Notes: a model not told the origin generated them from the sequence alone. Positions 26,524-37,800 are shown, counted from the first letter of the stretch. The stretch is DNA of 64,000 bases from Actinomycetes bacterium (GCA_023461115.1 JAEWOA010000259.1:7244-71243), one strand, 5' to 3'. Program-made: numbers and translations.

Positions 26524-27255
26524 ATGATCGGTCGCATCGACGAGGTAGTCGTGGACTGCGCGCGTCCGTGGGAGCTGGCGCAGTTCTGGGCGCAGGTGCT
26601 CGGCGGCGCACCCGTACGGCGCTCCGACTCCTGGTGCTACCTCGACGCCCCCGGCTGGACGCGCCTGGCGTTCCAGCGCGTCCCCGAGCCCAAGGCGACG
26701 AAGAACCGCCTGCACCTGGACGTCGAGGCCGACGACCTTCCCGCCGCCATCGCGCAGGCGGAGGCCCTGGGCGCCGTGCGGGTCGGCCCGATCGTCACCG
26801 ACGAGCCCGGCTCGTTCCAGGTGCTGCGCGACCCCGAAGGCAACGAGTGGTGCCTGGTCCGGCCCGCGGCGTTGACCGACCCGCGCGTGCCCAACCCCCA
26901 CGAGTTCGCCGCCGCGTGGCTCGACGCCTGGAACGCGCACGACCTGGACCGCGTGCTCGGGCACTTCGACGAGGCCGTCGTCTTCACCTCACCGCTCGCG
27001 GCCCGGCTCGTCCCCGGGAGCCGGGGCGTCCTGCGGGGCAAGAACCAGTTGCGCGCGTACTGGGCGGCTGGGCTGGAGGCGATCCCGGACCTGCGCTTCA
27101 CGGTGGAGCGCGTCTCGGCGGGCGTCGACACGATCGTGATCCAGTACCGCAACCAGCGCGGCACGCTCGTCGACGAGGTGCTGGCGTTCGGCTCGTCGGG
27201 CCTCGTCATCGGTGGCCACGCCACCTATCCGGCCGAGCACAACAGCGCACGGTAG
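26524..27255 (+). CDS. VOC (glyoxalase-like) domain fused to a SnoaL/NTF2-like domain
   Basis: 243 aa starting at ATG 26524. The N-terminal half (IDEVVVDCARPWELAQFWAQVLGG...NRLHLDVEADD...VLRDPEGNEWCLV) is VOC-like. The C-terminal half (FAAAWLDAWNAHDLDRVLGHFDEAVVFTSP) is SnoaL-like. The rest of the 902-aa track ORF is an artefact. Confidence 0.75.
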   Translation: MIGRIDEVVVDCARPWELAQFWAQVLGGAPVRRSDSWCYLDAPGWTRLAFQRVPEPKATKNRLHLDVEADDLPAAIAQAEALGAVRVGPIVTDEPGSFQVLRDPEGNEWCLVRPAALTDPRVPNPHEFAAAWLDAWNAHDLDRVLGHFDEAVVFTSPLAARLVPGSRGVLRGKNQLRAYWAAGLEAIPDLRFTVERVSAGVDTIVIQYRNQRGTLVDEVLAFGSSGLVIGGHATYPAEHNSAR

Positions 27256-27307
27256 AGCGCGGCAGCGCACGGCAGCCGGACCGGGCCGCTCGCTCGCCGC
27301 CGGTGGG

Positions 27308-28450
27308 CTACAGGTCCGCGGGGTCGATCAGGAAGTCGGCCTCGTCCGCGATCTCGCCGCCGACCGCGGAGTGCACCGAGCGCGCGATCGTCTGCACGAG
27401 CGACGAGGCGCGGCCGCGCGCGACGCGGTGTTCCAGCGGCGGACGCTCGACCTCGAGGTCCTCGATCGCGGGCGGCTCCCACCGCACGCGGTAGGCCACG
27501 GCGCCGCCGGCGGCCCAGGGCAGGCCCCGCAGCAGGGGCGGTAGGTCGCTCTCCTCGCCGACCTCGACCGCGATCAAGCCGTCGACGTCGAGCGGGACGA
27601 TCACCCCGAAGGACTCGGCCGACGAGGGCGCGGCGAGCATCATCTCGTCGAACGCGGCCGCCTCCGCCATGAGCCGGCGCCGCTCCTCGGGGTCGAGCAC
27701 GCCGTGGCGCTCGAGGGCCGAGCGCAGCCCGGCGCCGCCGGGCTCGGCGATCCCGAAGGTCGCGGTGCTCTCGAAGTCCACCATCGGCCCGGTCCAGGGC
27801 CGCTCGGGCGCGGAGATCCGCGCTCGGGGGGCCACACGCTGCACCATCGCCAGAGCGTCCCCGGGCTCCACCCACCGGTCGGTGAAGACGGTGAGGTCGA
27901 TCGCGCTCTCCATGTCCGGCGTGAGGATCGCGCCGGTCTCCCCGACGCGCACGGAACCGCCGAGCCGCCGCGCGCACGCGACCAGCCACAGGAGCACGCG
28001 CTCCTCCTCACGCACGGGCGTGCCGTCCGGGAACGCGCGCTTGAGGCCGTACCGGTCGCCGCCGGGGTACGGGCGCGGGCCCCGCTCGACGGGGGCGCCC
28101 ACGTCGAACACGTGCGTCGTCGCGACGGGCAGCCCGAGCCCGACGACGTCCTCGGTGGTCACGGCGTACGGGCCCGTGAGGCTGGAGTGCCGGGTGAGCC
28201 GCAGGACTCGTGCCGGCGGCGCGCCCGACGACGAGAGCGCCCGGATGCCGAATGCCGCGGTGAGCGGCTTGCGCTGCGCGGGAACCTCGACGGACGACGG
28301 CTCCCATCGCGCGTTGAGGAACCGGCTCGCGGCCAGCACCTCCACCTCGTCGGGCCCGATGCCGCCCGGGAGGGCGAGCAGGTGGCGACGACGCAGGCCG
28401 GGGTCGGCGGCGAGCGGCAGCCGCGGCAGCTGCTCGGGCATGCGGGTCAT
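27308..28450 (-). CDS. Conserved hypothetical protein, paralogue of 44350-45246
   Basis: Start taken at ATG 28450, which forms an ATGA overlap with the dcd stop. Shares blocks with the 44.3-kb ORF (see findings). No known domain recognised. Confidence 0.65.
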   Translation of the reverse strand: MTRMPEQLPRLPLAADPGLRRRHLLALPGGIGPDEVEVLAASRFLNARWEPSSVEVPAQRKPLTAAFGIRALSSSGAPPARVLRLTRHSSLTGPYAVTTEDVVGLGLPVATTHVFDVGAPVERGPRPYPGGDRYGLKRAFPDGTPVREEERVLLWLVACARRLGGSVRVGETGAILTPDMESAIDLTVFTDRWVEPGDALAMVQRVAPRARISAPERPWTGPMVDFESTATFGIAEPGGAGLRSALERHGVLDPEERRRLMAEAAAFDEMMLAAPSSAESFGVIVPLDVDGLIAVEVGEESDLPPLLRGLPWAAGGAVAYRVRWEPPAIEDLEVERPPLEHRVARGRASSLVQTIARSVHSAVGGEIADEADFLIDPADL

Positions 28451-29022
28451 ACCTCCGTGCGGTGGAAGCTCTGCCAGGACCGGGACGCGGTGGGGCCGCG
28501 CTGCCCCTGGTACCGGGACCCGTACCGCTGCGAGCCGTAGGGGAACTCGGCGGCGGACGAGAGCCGGAAGAAGCAGAGCTGCCCGATCTTCATGCCGGGC
28601 CACAACAGGATCGGCAGCGTCGCGACGTTGGACAACTCCAGGGTCACGTGGCCGGAGAACCCGGGGTCGACGAAGCCCGCGGTCGAGTGCGTGAGCAGCC
28701 CGAGCCGGCCGAGCGACGACTTGCCCTCCAGGCGCGCCGCGATGTCGTCGGGCAGGGTCACCTGCTCGTAGGTGGAGCCGAGCACGAACTCGCCCGGGTG
28801 CAGCACGAAGGGGTCCCCGGGGCTCGTCTCGACGAGCCGCGTGAGCTCCGGCTGGTCGGCCGCCGGGTCGATCACGGGGTACTTGTGGTTGTCGAAGAGC
28901 CGGAAGAACTTGTCGAGCCGGACGTCGATGCTCGAGGGCTGGATCATGGCGGGCTCGAGGGGCTCGAGGCCCACACGGCCGGAGGCGAGTTCGGCCCGGA
29001 TATCACGGTCGGAGAGCAGCAC
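28447..29022 (-). CDS. dcd: dCTP deaminase (actinobacterial type, probably bifunctional dCTP deaminase/dUTPase)
   Basis: 191 aa. MLLSDRDI...[11 protein letters not shown]...[26 protein letters not shown] are canonical Dcd motifs. Confidence 0.95.
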   Translation of the reverse strand: MLLSDRDIRAELASGRVGLEPLEPAMIQPSSIDVRLDKFFRLFDNHKYPVIDPAADQPELTRLVETSPGDPFVLHPGEFVLGSTYEQVTLPDDIAARLEGKSSLGRLGLLTHSTAGFVDPGFSGHVTLELSNVATLPILLWPGMKIGQLCFFRLSSAAEFPYGSQRYGSRYQGQRGPTASRSWQSFHRTEV

Positions 29023-29081
29023 GCGCCCACGGTAGTGCCACGGCGCGTCGCTGCGGCTATAGTCCTACTTCGTGAGGCGCA

Positions 29082-29095
29082 TGGGAGCGCTCTCG
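29082..29095 (+). promoter_or_regulatory. CelR/CebR-type LacI-family operator upstream of cbp
   Basis: TGGGAGCGCTCTCG matches the TGGGAGCGCTCCCA palindrome at 12 of 14 positions. It lies 24 nt upstream of the cbp ATG and downstream of a TATAGT -10-like hexamer (29058-29063). Confidence 0.6.
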
Positions 29096-29118
29096 CATCG
29101 ACCGAGAGGCTAGTTCCA

Positions 29119-31587
29119 ATGCGCTACGGCCACTTCGACGACGAGGCCCGCGAGTACGTCGTGACGACGCCGCACACCCCGTACCCGTGGATCAACTACC
29201 TCGGCTCGGAGCAGTTCTTCTCCCTGCTCTCCCACCAGGCGGGCGGCTACTCGTTCTACCGCGACGCCAAGATGCGCCGCCTGACGCGTTACCGCTACAA
29301 CAACGTCCCGGCGGACGCGGGCGGCCGCTACCTGTACGTCAACGACGGCGGCGACGTGTGGACACCGTCGTGGCTGCCGGTGAAGGCGGACCTGGACTTC
29401 TTCGAGGCGCGGCACGGGCTGGGCTACTCGCGGATCACGGGCGAGCGCGGCGGCGTGCGCGTCGAGACGCTGTTCTTCGTCCCGGTGGGCGAGAACGCCG
29501 AGGTGCAGAAGATCACCGTGACGAACACCGGTGAGACGACGAAGCGCCTGGGCCTGTTCACGTTCGTCGAGTTCTGCCTGTGGAACGCGCAGGACGACCA
29601 GACGAACTACCAGCGCAACCTCTCGATCGGCGAGGTCGAGGTGGAGCAGGCCGGCCCCCACGGGTCGGCGATCTTCCACAAGACCGAGTACCGCGAGCGC
29701 CGCGACCACTACGCGGTGTTCGGCGTGAACACCGCGGCGGACGGCTTCGACACCGACCGGGACACGTTCGTCGGCGCGTACAACTCGCTCGGCGAGGCCG
29801 CGGTGCCGCGCGCGGGCCGGGCCGCGGACTCGGTGGCGTCGGGCTGGTACCCGATCGGCTCGCACCAGGTGGACGTCACGCTCGAGCCCGGCGAGTCGCG
29901 TGAGCTCGTCGTCGTGCTGGGCTACGTGGAGAACCCGGACGACGAGAAGTGGGCCGACGACGCGCGCCAGATCGTCAACAAGGCCCCCGCGCACGCGCTG
30001 CTGGGCCGGTTCGCGACGAGCGCGCAGGCCGACGCCGCGTTCGCCGCGCTGCAGGACCACTGGACCAAGCTGCTCTCGACGTACTCGGTGCGCAGCGGCG
30101 ACGACAAGCTCGACCGCATGGTCAACGTGTGGAACCAGTACCAGTGCATGGTCACGTTCAACATGAGCCGCTCGGCGTCGTTCTTCGAGACCGGCATCGG
30201 CCGCGGCATGGGCTTCCGCGACTCCAACCAGGACCTGCTGGGCTTCGTCCACCTGATCCCGGAGCGCGCGCGCGAGCGGATCATCGACATCGCGTCCACG
30301 CAGTTCCCGGACGGCTCGGCGTACCACCAGTACCAGCCGCTGACCAAGCGCGGGAACAACGACATCGGCTCGGGCTTCAACGACGACCCGCTGTGGCTGA
30401 TCGCGGGCGTCGCGGCGTACGTCAAGGAGACCGGCGACTTCTCGATCCTCGACGAGCAGGTGCCGTTCGACAACGAGCCCGGCTCCGAGGTCAGCCTGTT
30501 CGAGCACCTGACGCGCTCGTTCGAGTTCACGGTGGAGCACCGCGGCCCGCACGGCCTGCCGCTGATCGGCCGCGCCGACTGGAACGACTGCCTCAACCTC
30601 AACTGCTTCTCGACGACGCCCGGTGAGTCGTTCCAGACCACCGAGAACCAGGCGGGCGGCGTCGCCGAGTCGGTGTTCATCGCCGCGCAGTTCGTCTTGT
30701 ACGGCGCCGAGTACGCGGCGCTCGCCGAGCGCAGGGGGCTCGGCGACGTGGCGGCCAGGGCCCGCGGACTCGTCGAGGACATGCGTCAGGCGGTGCTGAC
30801 CGACGGCTGGGACGGCCGCTGGTTCCTGCGCGCGTACGACTACTACGGCAACCCGATCGGCACCGACGCGCACGCCGAGGGCAAGATCTGGATCGAGCCG
30901 CAGGGCTTCGCGGTGATGGCCGGGATCGGCGTGGGCGAGGGTCCGTCCGACCAGAGCGCGCCCGCGGTCCAGGCGCTCGACGCGGTCGAGGACCTGCTGG
31001 CCACCGACCACGGCATGGTGCTGCAGTACCCCGCGTACACCACCTACCAGGTGCACATGGGCGAGGTCTCCACGTACCCGCCGGGGTACAAGGAGAACGG
31101 CGGCATCTTCTGCCACAACAACCCGTGGGTGATCATCGGCGAGACCGTGCTGGGCCGCGGCGACCGCGCGTTCGACTACTACAAGCGGATCACCCCGGCG
31201 TACCGCGAGGACATCTCCGACGTGCACCGGCTCGAGCCGTACGTGTACGCGCAGATGATCGCGGGCAAGGAGGCCGTCCGGCACGGCGAGGCCAAGAACT
31301 CGTGGCTCACGGGCACGGCGGCCTGGAACTTCGTCGCGGTGTCGCAGCACCTGCTGGGGGTGCGGCCCGACTACGACGGGCTCGTGGTGGACCCGCAGAT
31401 CGGCCCGGACGTGCCCTCGTTCACGGTGACCCGGGTGGCCCGCGGCGCGACGTACGAGATCTCGGTGACGAACTCCGGCGCGCCGGGCGCGCGGGGGCGG
31501 CTGGTCGTCGACGGCCGGCCGGTCGACGGCAACCACGTCCCCTACGCGCCCGCCGGCTCGACGGTGCGGGTCGAGGTCACGGTCTGA
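29119..31587 (+). CDS. cbp: Cellobiose phosphorylase (GH94)
   Basis: 822 aa. [60 protein letters not shown]... is, from memory, near-identical over its full length to the Cellulomonas uda/gilvus CBP. The N-terminal 219 aa of the track ORF are antisense-to-dcd artefact. Confidence 0.95.
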   Translation: MRYGHFDDEAREYVVTTPHTPYPWINYLGSEQFFSLLSHQAGGYSFYRDAKMRRLTRYRYNNVPADAGGRYLYVNDGGDVWTPSWLPVKADLDFFEARHGLGYSRITGERGGVRVETLFFVPVGENAEVQKITVTNTGETTKRLGLFTFVEFCLWNAQDDQTNYQRNLSIGEVEVEQAGPHGSAIFHKTEYRERRDHYAVFGVNTAADGFDTDRDTFVGAYNSLGEAAVPRAGRAADSVASGWYPIGSHQVDVTLEPGESRELVVVLGYVENPDDEKWADDARQIVNKAPAHALLGRFATSAQADAAFAALQDHWTKLLSTYSVRSGDDKLDRMVNVWNQYQCMVTFNMSRSASFFETGIGRGMGFRDSNQDLLGFVHLIPERARERIIDIASTQFPDGSAYHQYQPLTKRGNNDIGSGFNDDPLWLIAGVAAYVKETGDFSILDEQVPFDNEPGSEVSLFEHLTRSFEFTVEHRGPHGLPLIGRADWNDCLNLNCFSTTPGESFQTTENQAGGVAESVFIAAQFVLYGAEYAALAERRGLGDVAARARGLVEDMRQAVLTDGWDGRWFLRAYDYYGNPIGTDAHAEGKIWIEPQGFAVMAGIGVGEGPSDQSAPAVQALDAVEDLLATDHGMVLQYPAYTTYQVHMGEVSTYPPGYKENGGIFCHNNPWVIIGETVLGRGDRAFDYYKRITPAYREDISDVHRLEPYVYAQMIAGKEAVRHGEAKNSWLTGTAAWNFVAVSQHLLGVRPDYDGLVVDPQIGPDVPSFTVTRVARGATYEISVTNSGAPGARGRLVVDGRPVDGNHVPYAPAGSTVRVEVTV

Positions 31588-31612
31588 GGCCCGGACTGAC
31601 GGAACGACGCTG

Positions 31613-32611
31613 ATGGCCCTCCAGGAACTCGACGCGCCGACGGGCGTCCGGGTGCTCGCGCTGCCCGACGCCCGCGTGCTCACGCTGCGCTCGGACGTCT
31701 GGGAGCTCGACGTGCTGCCCGGCACGGGCGCCGCGCTCGGTGGCGGGCGCGTGCGGACCGCCGACGGCGTGTGGCGGGACCTGCTGCGGCCGACGCGCGG
31801 CGCCAACGCGCTCGGCGATCCGGAGAAGTGCTCGAGCTTCCCGATGATCCCGTGGTCCAACCGCATCCGGGGCGGGGCGCTGAGCTTCGACGGGCGCACC
31901 TGGCAGCTCCAGCAGAACGGCGCCGACGGGTCCGCGATCCACGGCGCCGCGCGGCACTCCACATGGGACGTGGCCGCGCGCACGTCGTCGAGCGTGACGC
32001 TGGACCTGGACACCTCCGATCTGACCGGCGTGAACTTCCCGTGGTGCTTCTCCGCGCGCCTGGTCTACGAGGTCGAGGGGCCCACGCTCTCCGTCACGAC
32101 GACCGTGCGGAACACCGACGCCGAACCGTTCCCCGCGGGCTTCGGCCACCACCCGTACCTGCAGCGCTCGCTGCTGCCGGTGGGCGACCCGTCGCCCCTG
32201 ACCCCCGGGAACCCGGTGCTGCAGATCCCGGCGCACGGCGGCTACGCCCTGGATGCCGGGAACGCCGTGCGCCCCGCGGGCCCGGTGCCGCCGCGTGCGG
32301 ACTTCCGCTCCCGGCGGCCGCTGGGGCACGCGTTCGTCGACGACGTGCTGACGGCACGCGACCTCGACGAGCCCGTGCGCGTCGAGTACCCGGATGCCGG
32401 TGTGGCCGTGGCGCTCGACGCCGACCCGGTGTTCGAGCACCTCGTCGTCTACGCGCCGCGCCGCCGCCCGTACTTCGCGATCGAGCCGGCCACCAACGTG
32501 AACAACGGCTTCGCGTTGCACGACGCCGGCGTGCCGGGCACGGGCGTCTTCGTCCTCGAGCCGGGCCAGTCACGCACCGGGACGTTCACCCTGACGGTCG
32601 AGTCGCTCTGA
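31613..32611 (+). CDS. Aldose 1-epimerase family protein
   Basis: 332 aa. FPMIPWSNRI...F.G......NG......IHG.A....W and GFGHHPY motifs of the mutarotase fold. Lies 25 nt downstream of cbp. Confidence 0.8.
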   Translation: MALQELDAPTGVRVLALPDARVLTLRSDVWELDVLPGTGAALGGGRVRTADGVWRDLLRPTRGANALGDPEKCSSFPMIPWSNRIRGGALSFDGRTWQLQQNGADGSAIHGAARHSTWDVAARTSSSVTLDLDTSDLTGVNFPWCFSARLVYEVEGPTLSVTTTVRNTDAEPFPAGFGHHPYLQRSLLPVGDPSPLTPGNPVLQIPAHGGYALDAGNAVRPAGPVPPRADFRSRRPLGHAFVDDVLTARDLDEPVRVEYPDAGVAVALDADPVFEHLVVYAPRRRPYFAIEPATNVNNGFALHDAGVPGTGVFVLEPGQSRTGTFTLTVESL

Positions 32612-32748
32612 CGCACGGGCCGGGCACGATCACCGCGACCACGGCGCTTTCGTCGCCTGGGTGAACCTTGCGCGAAGTCCCCCGTTCGGCCCTGCGGGGT
32701 GTGGAACGATAGGGCGCCCGCCAGGCCACAACAGGGGAGACAACCACC

Positions 32749-33570
32749 ATGCGCGCGCTTCGTCGTGCTGCGGCCACCGCCGCCGCGATCACCTTGACCT
32801 TCACGCTCGTCGCGTGCACGGACTCGTCCGAGACCCCTTCGCCGGACAAGGCGACCGGCGGCGCCTCGGCCGCCGCGTCCGACGACCCGGCGCCCGCCGC
32901 CGAGTTGACCAAGGACAACTTCATCGACCTCGTGAAGGCGTCGGCGGAGGACGGCACGTCCTACCGGGCTGTCGTCACGTCGACCGTGAACGGCACCACC
33001 CAGGCCCAGAACCTCGAGTCGGAGATCGTCGACGGCCAGCCGCGCGTGCACCTGACGTCGGACGCCGAAGGCCTCTCGATGGAGGCGATCTTCGTCGACG
33101 GCAAGTTCTACATGAACCTCGGCCCGTTGACCGACGACAAGTTCACCGTGCTCGACACCTCCGACTCGACCAACCCGCTGGCCAGCTCGTTCAGCAGCAT
33201 CACCGAGGCGGGCAGCCCGACGAAGGCGATCGAGTCGCTCCGCGACCAGATGATCGACGTGAAGAAGGCGGGCGCCCCGGAGAAGGTCGCCGGCACCACC
33301 GCGACGCCGTACACCGTCACCGTGGACAGCGCGAAGATGCTCGCCGCCCTCGGCGACCTGGGCAGCGACGCCGCCGACATCGCGAACCTGCCCCCGACCT
33401 TGGAGATCACGTACTGGATCTCCGCGGACAACCGCCCCGTGAAGACCTCGACGACGGTCGGCGGCGTCACCACCGAGACGGTGTACAGCGACTGGGGCAA
33501 GAAGTTCGACATCAAGGCCCCGAGCGCGGACCAGATCACGGACAAGGACCCGTTCTCGATGGCTGGCTAG
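32749..33570 (+). CDS. Secreted lipoprotein, function unknown
   Basis: Signal peptide with lipobox FTLVAC. GGGGAG RBS. 273 aa. No family recognised. Confidence 0.7.
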   Translation: MRALRRAAATAAAITLTFTLVACTDSSETPSPDKATGGASAAASDDPAPAAELTKDNFIDLVKASAEDGTSYRAVVTSTVNGTTQAQNLESEIVDGQPRVHLTSDAEGLSMEAIFVDGKFYMNLGPLTDDKFTVLDTSDSTNPLASSFSSITEAGSPTKAIESLRDQMIDVKKAGAPEKVAGTTATPYTVTVDSAKMLAALGDLGSDAADIANLPPTLEITYWISADNRPVKTSTTVGGVTTETVYSDWGKKFDIKAPSADQITDKDPFSMAG

Positions 33571-34175
33571 CCCTCCAGGGGGAGGGTGAGGGTGTAGCCC
33601 CACTCGTGTGTCGCCTGCACGGTGAATCCGACGCGCTCGTAGAACGAGATGGCGCCGGTGTTCCGGGAGTCGACGCCCAGGTGTAGGCCCGGCACGCCGC
33701 GCGAGCGCAACTCGTCCGCCAGCCGCTCGACGAGCCGGCGCCCCCACCCCTGGCCCTGCAGGCGCGGCAGCAGGTCGATGTGCAGGTGCGCGGGGAACCG
33801 CTCGTAGTGCGGCTCGGGCCCGCTCGGCCAGGTGTGCAGGCGCTCGACGAGGATGTGGTCCTCGGTGCCGTCGCCGGGGTCCGCGACCCGGGGGTACTGG
33901 GCCCGCAGCGCGGGCCACCAGTGCGCGTCGAGCCAGTCGCCGAACCGCTCCGAGTCGTCGGTCGCGACGATGTAGCCGGCCACGCCGTGCTCGTCGACGA
34001 CCACGAACGTCAGGCCCGGGTCCGCGATCGGGTAGGGCCCGCAGTACAGGTGGGCCAGCAGGTCGGGGTTGCGGTAGAGGTGCGTCGCATCCTTCCCGGC
34101 CGCGCCCGTGAGCAGGCAGAGCCGGTACATGCCGGGGAGGTCGGCCGGGTGGAACGGCCGCAGCACAGGCGTCAC
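33567..34175 (-). CDS. GNAT family N-acetyltransferase
   Basis: LHIDLLPRLQGQGWGRRLVERLADELRSRGVPGLHLGVDSRNTGAISFYERVGF. Start taken at GTG 34175, because the longer track ORF would run through the tRNA gene. Confidence 0.75.
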   Translation of the reverse strand: MTPVLRPFHPADLPGMYRLCLLTGAAGKDATHLYRNPDLLAHLYCGPYPIADPGLTFVVVDEHGVAGYIVATDDSERFGDWLDAHWWPALRAQYPRVADPGDGTEDHILVERLHTWPSGPEPHYERFPAHLHIDLLPRLQGQGWGRRLVERLADELRSRGVPGLHLGVDSRNTGAISFYERVGFTVQATHEWGYTLTLPLEG

Positions 34176-34307
34176 GCGCCCGACCCTATCCACGCGCCGC
34201 TCCGCGCGCGCAGCCCGCGTGGCGTCCACTGGACCAGCCGGGTTGAGGACGAGGGGCTGTGACCGGGTAGGATCGCAGCCGCGGCGCCCGGTCTCCGGGC
34301 TGCTCGT

Positions 34308-34378
34308 GCGGGTGTAGTTCAATGGCAGAACTTCAGCTTCCCAAGCTGATGGCGCGGGTTCGATTCCCGTCACCCGCT
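34308..34378 (+). tRNA. tRNA-Gly (anticodon CCC)
   Basis: GCGGGTG acceptor pairs with CACCCGC. Anticodon stem TCAGC/GCTGA with loop TTCCCAA. T-loop GGTTCGATTCC. 71 nt, CCA not encoded. Confidence 0.95.
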
Positions 34379-34452
34379 CCCTTGTGGGCCTGGCGCGCTG
34401 ACGCGCCCACCCCGACCACGGCGGCCGAGTCGGCGCGAGTGAACTGGCGCGC

Positions 34453-34815
34453 TCAGCTCAGGCAGAGGCAGAACGGGTGGCCGGCGGGGTCGAGGAACAC
34501 CCGGAACGTCTCGCCAGGCTGGTGCTCGGCCTTGCGCGCGCCCAGCGCGACCACCGCGGGCTCGCCCACGTCGAAGGAGTCGACGACGACGTCGATGTGC
34601 ATCTGCTGGGGGTGCTCCTGGCCCGGCCACTGCGGCGCGGAGTATGAGCCGTCGACCTGCTGGAAGCAGATGCACATGCCGGTCTCGGAGTCGCGGATCT
34701 CGGCCCACTCGCCGTCCGGCTTGACCGACCAGCCGAGGAGGTCGCCGTAGAACTGCGCGAGCGCGGGAGCGTCCGGGCAGTCGATCACGAAGGTGGGGTA
34801 GCGCGCGATGGCCAT
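34453..34815 (-). CDS. VOC/glyoxalase-like small protein
   Basis: 120 aa. PTFVIDCPDAPALAQFYGDLLGW...HIDVVVDS...VFLDPAGHPFCL. Confidence 0.75.
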   Translation of the reverse strand: MAIARYPTFVIDCPDAPALAQFYGDLLGWSVKPDGEWAEIRDSETGMCICFQQVDGSYSAPQWPGQEHPQQMHIDVVVDSFDVGEPAVVALGARKAEHQPGETFRVFLDPAGHPFCLCLS

Positions 34816-34869
34816 GACGACGCCTCTCGTCGGGCCGCGGCGCCGAGCCGCGGCGGTTCGTCGGGAACG

Positions 34870-37800
34870 CTAGCGCCGGGGTCCGACACGCGCCGGGGCT
34901 GACGAGCCGCGCGCGCCCCACGCCCCCGCGCCCGCCAGGAGCGCGCCCGCGAGCACGAGCCACAGCGACCACCGGGCCGTGCGGTCGGCGTCGGCGCCGG
35001 TCACGGGCAGGATCGGGGAGGCCGCCAGGACCATGGCGTCGTCGGAGTCGCCGCACGTGGGGCACGGGTCGGGCTGGCCGCCGCCGACCGTCGCCACGTT
35101 GACCAGCTCGGTCCCGCCCGCCGCGGTGGTGTCCACCGTCAGCGTGATCGGGGGCGCGGCCTCGTCGACCGCGAGCACGTCGTCGTACTGGCAGACGATC
35201 ACGCTGGCCGACGAGCACACCCACCCGTCTCCCGACACCGAGATCAACGACTCGCCCGTCGGCAGGTCGTCGGTGACGACGACGGGCGCGCCCGTCGGGC
35301 TCGGCCCCCGGTTGCCCACCGTGATGTCGTAGACGACGCGCTGCCCGCTCTGCGAGGCCACCGACTTGTCGATGCGCAGGTGAGAGACGGGCGTGACGTC
35401 GGCGCCGTCGAGCGCGATGTTGTTCAGCAGCGGCCCGGTCTCGCCCTCGGACGCCACCACCGCGGTGTTGAGCACCGCGGGCGCCGCGGCGGCGCCGATG
35501 CTCGTCGTGAGGGCCAGCGGGAGCCGGCCGTCGACGGCGAGCGGGCCCGGGTGCGTGCAGGTCACACGCTGGCCCGCCGCCCCGCACGTCCAGCCGGGCC
35601 CGGCCGACGACACGTACGACAACCCGGTGGGCAGCACGTCGACCACCGAGATCGGGTGGGGGTCCTCGGTCGGCCCGTCGTTGGTGACGAGCAGACCCCA
35701 CGTGACGGTCTCGCCGACCACCAGCTCGCCCGTGTGCCCCTTGGCGAGCTCGAGGTCGAAGTCGGGGTCCAGGTCGTCGGTGACGTCGTCCTCGTTGTCG
35801 CCCAGCAGGTCGCTCGGCGTGGTGGTGCGGACCACCGCGACGTTGCGGATCTGCGGGTACGCCTCGGGGCCGACGTCCACCACGAGCGTGATCGGCGCGG
35901 TCTGCGAGCGCGGCGGCAGCGGGGCGTCCAGCGCGCAGAGCACGGTCCGGTCGGCGGCGGTGCAGTCCCACCCGTCGCCGTCCACGGACACCAGCGTCAG
36001 GCCGCGCGGCAGCACGTCGCGGAGTGTCACGTCCTGCGCGTCCGAGGGGCCGGCGTTGACGACCGTCATCGTGTAGGTGTGCTCCTGCCCGATCACGGGC
36101 GTGCCCTCGCTCACCTTGGTCACCGCGATGTCCGCCGCGGGCACGAGCGGCACGGGATCGGTGGCCGTGTTGTTCGCCGGCACGGGGTCGGGCGTCGTCG
36201 AGCTCGCGGTCGCGGTGTTCACGACGACGCCCGCGGGCAGCGCGGGATCCGTGGCGACGAGCAGCACCAGCGGCGGGGCCTCGTCGCCCACCGCGAGCGC
36301 GTCGGTGTCCCACTCGCACGTCACGCTCGGGCCCGCGGCCGAGCACGTCCACGGCGCCTGCGCCGACACGTACGTGAAGCCGTCGGGCAGGGTGTCGACG
36401 ACCGTGATCGGCCCGGCCGCGTCCGACGGGCCCGCGTTGGCCACCCCGATCGTGAACCGCACGAGCCCGCCGGGGCTCACGTCGTCGCCCGTGAGCGGCT
36501 CGTGCGTCTTGGTCGTCGCCAGGTCCGCGCTGGTGGTGAGCGTGACCGTCGCGGTCGCGGTGTTGTCGTCAGGGTCGTCGCCCGCGGTCGAGGTCGCGAT
36601 GCGCGCGGTGTTGGTGAGCTGCGTGCCCGGAGGCAGCGACGCGTCCGTCGTGGCATCCACCGTGATCGTCGCGGACCCGCCCGCGGGCGCCGCGCCGTGG
36701 GCGCACGTGACGACGCGCCCGGCGATGCCGCACGCCCAGCCGCTCGGCGCGTCGACCGCGGTCGGGGTCAGGCCGACCGGGGCGGTGTCGGTGACGATCG
36801 CGGTGTCCGCGTCCGAGGGCCCCTCGTTCGTCGCGGTGAGCGTGTACCGCACGGGAGCGCCCGCGGGCACGGTCGTCGGGTCCGCGGCCTTGGCGATCGT
36901 CACGTTGGCCTGGTCCACGACGACGGTCGGGTCGAGCGCGGTGTTGTTCGTCAGGTCCGGGTCGTCCGCGGGGCCCGTGACGGCCGCGGCGTTGACGAGC
37001 GTCGCGGGACCGGCGTCGGGCGCCACGGCGGCGGTCACCGTGATCGCCGGGGCGCTGGCGCCCGCGGCCAACGGCCCGGGCGTCGTGCACGTGACGAGCT
37101 GGCCGACCGCCGAGCAGGTCCACCCCGCGCCCGTGGCCGACGAGTACGTGACGCCCGCCGGAAGGCGGTCCGCGACCGTGAGCGGGCCGGGCGAGTCGGA
37201 CGGGCCGTTGTTCGTCGCGACGACCTGCCACGAGAACGGCTGGCCCGCGACCGCGTCGCCGGTGTGCGACTTGGCGACCGCGAGGTCCGCGACGACGGTC
37301 ACGTCCGAGACGTCGTCGTCGACGTTGTTGCCGGGGATCGGGTCGGTGGTCGGGGAGTCGACGCGTGCGGTGTTGGTGATCGGCACGGGCGGCGCCTCGG
37401 GGTCCACCAGGACCTCGACGTCCACGGCGGCCGTGGCGCCGACCGCGAGCGGGCCCGCGAGCGTGCAGGTCAGCGCCTGGCCCGCGGCCGCGCAGGTCCA
37501 CGAGCCCACGACGTTCGTCGAGCCCACGAAGCCCACGGCGTCGGGCAGCGTGTCCGTGACGACGACGTCGGCGGCGGCCTGCGACGGTCCGTTGTTGGCG
37601 ACCGTGAAGTGGTACACCGACGACTCGCCCGCGGTGAAGTCGCCCGTGTGGGACTTCTCGATCGCGAGGTCCGCGAGTGTCGTCACGACGCCGGGGTCGT
37701 CGTCGGTGTTGTTGGACTCGTCGGGGTCGGTGGTCGGGCTCGTGACCGTCGCGGTGTTGGTGATCGTGCCGACCACGGACTCGTCGATGGCCGCCACGAT

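Noticed and set aside
24547-27255. A 902-aa ORF that might suggest a large fusion protein ending in the VOC-SnoaL domains.
   Set aside because: The first roughly 660 aa are an alternative frame of the Fe-S oxidoreductase gene and are Arg/Pro-rich nonsense. Only the last 243 aa, from ATG 26524, look like real protein.
28462-29118. A 219-aa N-terminal extension of cellobiose phosphorylase in the ORF track (1041 aa).
   Set aside because: The extension is antisense to dcd and has no resemblance to GH94. The characterised Cellulomonas enzymes start with MRYGHFDD, which corresponds to ATG 29119.
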